NCBI GenBank assembly: GCA_045646605.1
Contig: JAZRLA010000002.1
Location: 15,940 to 79,939 of the forward strand
Direction: 5' to 3'
Origin: Candidatus Enterousia sp.
Lineage (GTDB): Bacteria > Pseudomonadota > Alphaproteobacteria > Rs-D84
DNA: 64,000 bases
Position 1 is the stretch's first letter. Each line of letters opens with the position of its first letter. Below the pieces are notes generated by a model. The model ran no database searches. It was not told the origin of the DNA and worked only from the letters and a program-made list of their open reading frames with translations. A program made the position numbers and the translations under genes. Below, piece after piece: positions 58,241 to 64,000 of the stretch.

Positions 58241-59917
58241 TACCGTGGGCAACGATACAACATCGTTATAGAATGTCAGGAATTTTTTGCCTGTGCCGCA
58301 ATATATCTTTTCAAGTGAATCATTATATTCGCGTGTGGCTTCGACAAAGCGGGCCTCGATATCGGCCTGGGCACCTTGGTATCCGGAAAATCCGCCAAGC
58401 GCACCACCGACGCCTGCGCCTTTTAGTGTTGAACCCAAACGTGCCTTGTTCGAAAAATCAACCACGCCGCCATCATCAGCATCCATCGTCAACGGGTTAA
58501 AATCTTCAATTGTGTACGGGTTTTTATCGGCATCCACTAACTTGCAATCACCAGTTGGGTTACCGTATCCGTCGCGCTGGCACATTCTTACGCCCGTTTT
58601 ATGCGCAGCCTTCCATTGTGTCCAATCGGCAAGTTTTTGTCCAAATGCCCCCGTATCTTGGAAATCAACAATAACCGCCGATATTGGTGCGCCCGCCCGT
58701 TTTTCAACATACGCATCATAGCAATACGCGTCGTCGAATCCCGGATTCGGTTTTATATCATTATTTTCATATTTATATTCGGTTGCTTTATCGGCAAGAA
58801 AACGGGCAAAATCGCCGTTCTTATTAAATTCTTCGGGACGATAGGTTTTACCGTCTTTGTTACCTTTTATATGTTTTACAACCAAGCTGTTATCTATTGT
58901 GCACGGCTTATCCGTCTTTGTAGTGTCGCAAACAATCACATTACTATCCTTTGGACAGTAATAATAGTTTTTGCTTGGGTCTTTTAATTGTTCTGTTTTT
59001 GTAATGTTTCCCCAAAGGCATGTTGTTTCACGCCCCCCGTCATTACACTTTTGTACACGCAATACCGCATCACCCGTTGCCATCATATTTCCAACAACAC
59101 TGCCCGCCGCCGCGTTCACACCCGCGTGTAAAATCGTATCACCGGCGACTTTCCCGGAATATGTGCTTGCGGTCATCAATGCTGCACCAAGCAACGCGCC
59201 ACCAAGTGTGGTTTTCATTTTTTCCGAATTTGTTCCAAACAAACCGTCTTTGCCCGGTTCTTGTCGCCCGACCATATTTCCCGCAACACCCGCCGCAACC
59301 GTCGCCGCCGCGATTTTAAGCCCCGCTTTGTTCTTTTGTTCTTCGTTCAAAACGCGAATAACATCATCGTGTGTCGGTGCATTGTCCGCCGGGAAAGTCA
59401 CACGCATCGCGTCCGGCAAATATGACGAAGATGGAAAGTCCGATATATTGCAATTCACCGCATCACCCGCCGCCAATTTTCCACGTGCCACGGTTGTATA
59501 TTCATATGCACCGTTCGCGCCCAAGACGCGCATTTCAACGACCGCGACACATGTTGGCTTGCCACCGGCGCCTTGCCCCATTGTAGGCACATCCCAAACA
59601 AATTCGCCGTCGGGATAAATCATTGCACAGTTGTTCAGTGTATTGTAATCTGCGCCTGCATCTTTATCGCCACTTTTTATCTTGTCCGCAATATTTTTAT
59701 CGGCCACACGAACCGGTAAATCTACGTCAACCGGCGCATCTTGGACGGCGGCAACAGAATCATAGTATTGCTGTTCCAATGCGGTAACATTTTTATACGA
59801 ATTTGCATAGTTTCGTGAAATATTCCCAACGCGTATTCCACCAAACACATCACCTGCGGATAAAACCGCAACCCCGGCCAACAACGAACAAAACAATATA
59901 CAATAATTCTTTTTCAT
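58232..59917 (-). CDS. Secreted hypothetical protein (561 aa)
   Basis: Signal peptide MKKNYCILFCSLLAGVAVLSA. Gly/Ala-rich with scattered Cys. No known domain. Confidence 0.55.
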   Translation of the reverse strand: MKKNYCILFCSLLAGVAVLSAGDVFGGIRVGNISRNYANSYKNVTALEQQYYDSVAAVQDAPVDVDLPVRVADKNIADKIKSGDKDAGADYNTLNNCAMIYPDGEFVWDVPTMGQGAGGKPTCVAVVEMRVLGANGAYEYTTVARGKLAAGDAVNCNISDFPSSSYLPDAMRVTFPADNAPTHDDVIRVLNEEQKNKAGLKIAAATVAAGVAGNMVGRQEPGKDGLFGTNSEKMKTTLGGALLGAALMTASTYSGKVAGDTILHAGVNAAAGSVVGNMMATGDAVLRVQKCNDGGRETTCLWGNITKTEQLKDPSKNYYYCPKDSNVIVCDTTKTDKPCTIDNSLVVKHIKGNKDGKTYRPEEFNKNGDFARFLADKATEYKYENNDIKPNPGFDDAYCYDAYVEKRAGAPISAVIVDFQDTGAFGQKLADWTQWKAAHKTGVRMCQRDGYGNPTGDCKLVDADKNPYTIEDFNPLTMDADDGGVVDFSNKARLGSTLKGAGVGGALGGFSGYQGAQADIEARFVEATREYNDSLEKIYCGTGKKFLTFYNDVVSLPTVKE

Positions 59918-59950
59918 TTGGCCCCCCAATCAGACCACATGGTTAAATCC

Positions 59951-61075
59951 CTAGAATTGCAACCGCAGGCGCATACCAACATCAATCAGTGCCAAACGCC
60001 CGCTTTCATACCAATTTGTATAATGGAACACACTGTCGTAATCTGCCTGAACTTCTTCACCGGCGCCATCAGACAACCATTCGATTTGTGATAAAACAAT
60101 ACTGCCCGACGTTTTTACATTTCCAAGATTCGCATACCGTGCAAAAAAGTCTATCTTTATCCCGCCACCAAGATCCGTTGTTATACCGGCTTCGGCCATA
60201 AATGCCAATTGTTCACTTGTCCCGCCATTGTGATACGCATATATATCAGAAATCCCGGTAAGTAATCCTGCCTTGCCAATAGTGGTATTCAAATCTTCAA
60301 TAATTGTATAATACGTATCGTCATATATAACATAATCCGCAATCGTATTCAACGACAAACCAACACCCACACCAATATATGGGCGCAGCGACCCACCCGC
60401 CAAATACCCAGTATAAGAATCAAGGTTATAGTATATATTCAACATAGTTGTGTTTGCGGTAATTGCACCACCTTCGACGGCGGTCTGAACCGTGGCGGCA
60501 CCGGTGTATTCCGCGGTGTAAACATGGTCTGGATAACTTAACCCCGAATAACGCGTATACGAAAAGTCAACGCGAATATCATTATTTAACGCCGAACCAA
60601 CCGAAACCTGAAGTGGTATAACGGTATCCGTCTGAAAATCTGCATCTGCAAATGCGCCTGGTACGACATAGGCATCTTTTTCACCCGTATAATCCGCGTG
60701 CATAGATCCCATAACACTCGCGGCGTATGCAACCGAAAGACCAACATACAAACCACTATCCGCAAGTCTATCGTAATCGGATGGTAAATAATATTTCCGC
60801 CCCGCCGCCGTTGCCGCAGACCCAACCTGGGGCAAAGCGCCCGTCACACGCGTTGCCGGTACCGCAACACCGGAATTGGCGACCAAAACCGCGCCACCGG
60901 CCGTTGGTAATTGAACCGTACCCGTTTGTACCGGATACGCGGCCTGCACCTGCATCTGTTGTTGATATTGTTGTTGATAAAGTGGAATATTCTGCGATGG
61001 ATACGCCGCACCCGCAATGCGCGATGCACCAAAACAAAATCCCAGCAAAGTGGCAGAAAACCCGAACTTCCTCAT
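59951..61075 (-). CDS. Outer-membrane beta-barrel protein (374 aa)
   Basis: Signal peptide. Gln/Pro/Tyr-rich linker, then amphipathic strands. C-terminal …RLRLQF. Confidence 0.55.
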   Translation of the reverse strand: MRKFGFSATLLGFCFGASRIAGAAYPSQNIPLYQQQYQQQMQVQAAYPVQTGTVQLPTAGGAVLVANSGVAVPATRVTGALPQVGSAATAAGRKYYLPSDYDRLADSGLYVGLSVAYAASVMGSMHADYTGEKDAYVVPGAFADADFQTDTVIPLQVSVGSALNNDIRVDFSYTRYSGLSYPDHVYTAEYTGAATVQTAVEGGAITANTTMLNIYYNLDSYTGYLAGGSLRPYIGVGVGLSLNTIADYVIYDDTYYTIIEDLNTTIGKAGLLTGISDIYAYHNGGTSEQLAFMAEAGITTDLGGGIKIDFFARYANLGNVKTSGSIVLSQIEWLSDGAGEEVQADYDSVFHYTNWYESGRLALIDVGMRLRLQF

Positions 61076-61194
61076 ACTTTTTTCTTTTCTCTCTTGGGGG
61101 TATTATATCATAAAATCGACATTAAAAAAAGCACTTTAATATGAAAACTGTTCTAAAAACAGGATTCTTATATACATCATTGATTTTGATGACG

Positions 61195-61345
61195 GGAATT
61201 CTTTTCCAGAGAGTCGTCACACCGCTGAAGAGCGGTGCCCAGTCGTCGCGATAGCGATGACTTGCCCCGCAGGGAATTTTTTATCGCTTTGCGATGAAAA
61301 ACATAAATGTCTGCGACGCAAATTTTTGCATTCGCCGGGATGACA
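61195..61345. repeat. Mosaic GC-rich hairpin repeat, instance B4
   Basis: GTCGTCACACCGCTGAAGAGCGGTGCCCAGTCGTCG…GTCTGCGACGCAAATTTTTGCATTCGCCGGGATGACATCGTTCTAG. Modules are shared with B1 (GTCTGCGACGCAAGTTTTTAC… CCGGGATGAC…GTTCTGG). Confidence 0.5.
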
Positions 61346-61477
61346 TCGTTCTAGAAATTGTCGCATTATCGCAGTATTTCTATTATAGAAATTAGCAACA
61401 TATACAAACGTAACGATAATACAAAAACGGACCCAATCGGATCCGTTTTTTATCTGTGCCTGGGTTCGGTTTTTTCT

Positions 61478-62485
61478 TTAGAACATAAAGTTAAACCGGA
61501 AACCACTTTCAACCTTTACATTTGTCGTGTTTGCCGACAAACGCGCACCGGTATCATATGTGTCTTCGATATACCACGCAAGTTGTGTGCCCGGCGTGAA
61601 CTGATACGCAATCGTGAAACTAAGCGCATATTCATCGAAACGATCGTTCATATCTTTGAACCCGTTGACCAACCCATTGACTTGGGCTTGAACCGCCGGG
61701 GCAAGGTTTGATAAATCGGTATAGATGCCGGTTAACCCATTTGTCGCATGATGTTTATAATTAAATCCGATACCACCCGAAAGTTCATCGGATATTTGAT
61801 AGAACACATTTGCGCCGGCGTTGATTTCCCATGTGGATTTAAGGTTTACGGACAAATCCCTTGGCAATCCAGGCAACATAGCGGACAATACCGACACATC
61901 AATTTCATTATTATGATTACCCCATGTCCGTAAAACCTCTACAAACGCACTTGTGGTAAGGTTCGTCCAACGATAACCAAGTTTTGTTCCCAAATGCGCA
62001 CCCCAACGGCCGTTTGAATAGTTTTCATAATTAAAAACCGGTTTTCCTGGTTCTATGGTTGAAAGGCTAAGTTTCCCTTTCATCCTTTCCATCCCGCCAA
62101 GGTGGAAATCGCCATACATATCCCACACGAAATTTGTTTCGTTACCAAATATGCGATATGTCGTCCCCAATCGCCCAAGGTGGAAACCCTTGCGATTTAT
62201 ATCCGGGTCATACGTATATCCCGCAATTAAATGCGCCGCCCAACGGTCACTTATACCAACACCAAATTCTTGCATCGGGCGCCAGATTGGGAATTCCGTA
62301 CTGCCACTGTGTCCACGCAAAATCTGATTTTCCGTGGAATCGGTGATTTTATACATCAATCCCAATGTAGTTTTCGAATAAACATCCAATGCGCCCGGCA
62401 AGAACAATGGATTTTCCATGTTTGCCGCCATCGCCGAAGTTGTCATGGCCGCCGTAGCCGCCGCAATACCAAGTATTTTTTTCAT
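61478..62485 (-). CDS. Outer-membrane beta-barrel protein (335 aa)
   Basis: Signal peptide MKKILGIAAATAAMTTSAMA. C-terminal …FRFNFMF. Confidence 0.55.
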   Translation of the reverse strand: MKKILGIAAATAAMTTSAMAANMENPLFLPGALDVYSKTTLGLMYKITDSTENQILRGHSGSTEFPIWRPMQEFGVGISDRWAAHLIAGYTYDPDINRKGFHLGRLGTTYRIFGNETNFVWDMYGDFHLGGMERMKGKLSLSTIEPGKPVFNYENYSNGRWGAHLGTKLGYRWTNLTTSAFVEVLRTWGNHNNEIDVSVLSAMLPGLPRDLSVNLKSTWEINAGANVFYQISDELSGGIGFNYKHHATNGLTGIYTDLSNLAPAVQAQVNGLVNGFKDMNDRFDEYALSFTIAYQFTPGTQLAWYIEDTYDTGARLSANTTNVKVESGFRFNFMF

Positions 62486-62689
62486 TTTGATTTTCCTTTC
62501 GTTAAAAGTTTTTTCACCAACCCCCATTATTGGCAAGATTGGTATCATACCCCCGCACCACCCATTATTGGCAACAGTGCCTTATTCGGAATATGACCCG
62601 TATATGATTGCCCAAGTAAAAAATAAAGTCAAAGATTTTGTGATAACCCTTGAAATCCGTGGCAAAAAACACTATTATATAGTAATAAG

Positions 62690-63232
62690 GTGTATGAAAA
62701 GATTCAAATGGAAACGAACCTAAATAAACTTATTGCCATGGCTGCGGGTCAAAATCGCGATTGTTTCGATGAAAATTCCATTTCATCAGAGGTGCGCGGT
62801 AAGGTTGATGGTGCTCTGGATTCTATATTCCGTGGCAAAAGTATATTGATTTGGACACGTGGTGGAAAACTTTGCGACGCATGGAAGGCGGCTATGGATG
62901 AATTGCGTGACGAAATTTTTGCGATAAAAAATACCGCGCCAATTATTGAATACTTGCGTATCGCGGTTTTTGCCTTGCGCGAAAAATGGGAAATAAAAAT
63001 TACGCAAAGCAATGAAAGAAATTCTACGGTAAACGGTGCATCTGATACGGAATTGAATGATTTGAAAAATTATGCAAAATCCCTCATAGAAACGGGCACT
63101 CAGGTAATAAAAGATTTAATATCCGTTGGCGCATTTGCATGTTCCGAACGCGGGGTACAAAAAAACCGACCTATGAATATGGAACGTGTAAGGGGGCACG
63201 AACGCGAATACGAACATACACGAAAACGATAA
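62690..63232 (+). CDS. Hypothetical cytoplasmic protein (180 aa)
   Basis: AT-rich ORF. No signal or TM segment. No known domain. Confidence 0.45.
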   Translation: MYEKIQMETNLNKLIAMAAGQNRDCFDENSISSEVRGKVDGALDSIFRGKSILIWTRGGKLCDAWKAAMDELRDEIFAIKNTAPIIEYLRIAVFALREKWEIKITQSNERNSTVNGASDTELNDLKNYAKSLIETGTQVIKDLISVGAFACSERGVQKNRPMNMERVRGHEREYEHTRKR

Positions 63233-63250
63233 TAACTGGGACACAAAAAA

Positions 63251-63802
63251 ATGAAAACAGAACACATTTCCAATGCAACAAAAGACTTACTGGCTCATGC
63301 ATACCAGAATACGTATGACGCCTTTGTAAAGGCGTATCTGGCCAAAGGGAAAACCCAAGGCGAATCGCGCTTTAATGCAAGTTGCAGAATGAAACAACTT
63401 ATAAGCGCGCATGAAAACGAAAAAGATAACCCGGTAATCATGTATTTAAGAAGTTTTAATGATTCTCATTATTCGGCCGAGGCAAAAAAACTTATGGACC
63501 CAAAACGGAATATGGACCAGATTGACCCTGCATCGTTGGACGTTGACATGACGGATGCAATCATAGATGCAATAAATAATTTTGAAAGGGTTATTACTGC
63601 GGTGTCACCAAATGTTTTGTGTGTGCTTAGGAAAACTGGTGCACCAGATACGAATCCGCAAAATATGCAAAAAATGAGATCGGACTTTTCTTCGTGGTTG
63701 GATAATACAATTAATGACAACGAATTCGCAAAATTGGAAAAAGATCCACGGTATTTTGAAAAACTTTACCGCCGTTATGTTATGCGCCAATCGCATCGGT
63801 AA
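63251..63802 (+). CDS. Hypothetical cytoplasmic protein (183 aa)
   Basis: AT-rich ORF, tandem to the previous one. No known domain. Confidence 0.45.
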   Translation: MKTEHISNATKDLLAHAYQNTYDAFVKAYLAKGKTQGESRFNASCRMKQLISAHENEKDNPVIMYLRSFNDSHYSAEAKKLMDPKRNMDQIDPASLDVDMTDAIIDAINNFERVITAVSPNVLCVLRKTGAPDTNPQNMQKMRSDFSSWLDNTINDNEFAKLEKDPRYFEKLYRRYVMRQSHR

Positions 63803-64000
63803 AATCACTTATGCTTATATGCCAAGACAAGTGGCACCAATTTATCGAAAACATCCGCGACCCAATCGCGCGGAATTTTTATCGCGCCATGTTGGCCCGC
63901 GGACATCTTTGGTAAAATGGAATTATCACGCGCATTAATGATTTGTTTAAGTTTGACACGCACACCGCACACATCATGCGGAATAACAAATGTAATTTCG

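Overview
This window is a bacterial chromosomal segment of about 45% GC from a diderm organism. The diderm call rests on several beta-barrel outer-membrane proteins ending in Phe, plus Lgt and LptE. The backbone is conserved housekeeping: the 3' end of rplA, then rplJ, rplL, rpoB and rpoC; rpmF-plsX; cardiolipin synthase; HU; pepO; hemW; mltB; olsB-olsA (ornithine lipid); proS; parC; zapB-zapA; radC-map-holA-lptE; nrdD-nrdG (anaerobic ribonucleotide reductase, RNR); rpmG; lgt; a BI-1/YccA family protein; a ferredoxin; and a single-chain glyQS. There are four tRNAs: Arg-CCT, Leu-TAG, Glu-TTC and Asp-GTC. Interleaved are AT-rich accessory segments and several families of structured intergenic repeats. 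The most unusual region is a small AT-rich island between tRNA-Leu and tRNA-Glu/tRNA-Asp (about 50.3-53.6 kb). It holds three unrelated hypothetical genes. Each is separated by a conserved ~200-nt two-module structured element made of a terminator hairpin, a tRNA-3'-end-like 'TGGCAGG(G/C)CC' core and a second inverted-repeat hairpin. A 21-nt duplicate of the tRNA-Glu 3' end lies 142 nt from the tRNA-Glu gene. This looks like a cassette or tandem-accretion array with no recombinase in view. Other notable items are as follows. The anaerobic RNR large subunit has its glycyl-radical domain on a separate 61-aa ORF with its own ribosome-binding site (RBS). A Mu F-like (HPxxNCRC motif) N-terminal segment is fused to a GH108 lysozyme and a PG_binding_3 domain, with a secreted partner gene. 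Two tandem giant (1385 and 1099 aa) Cys-rich secreted proteins are present. A minimal HAD phosphatase ORF is bracketed by 79-bp near-perfect direct repeats. A mosaic GC-rich hairpin repeat family ('GTCATCCCGGC…GCCGGGATGAC' type) and a 'CACTAACCACTAAC' motif recur at operon boundaries. Taxonomy cannot be fixed from sequence alone. All function calls are from recognising motifs by eye, not from searches.
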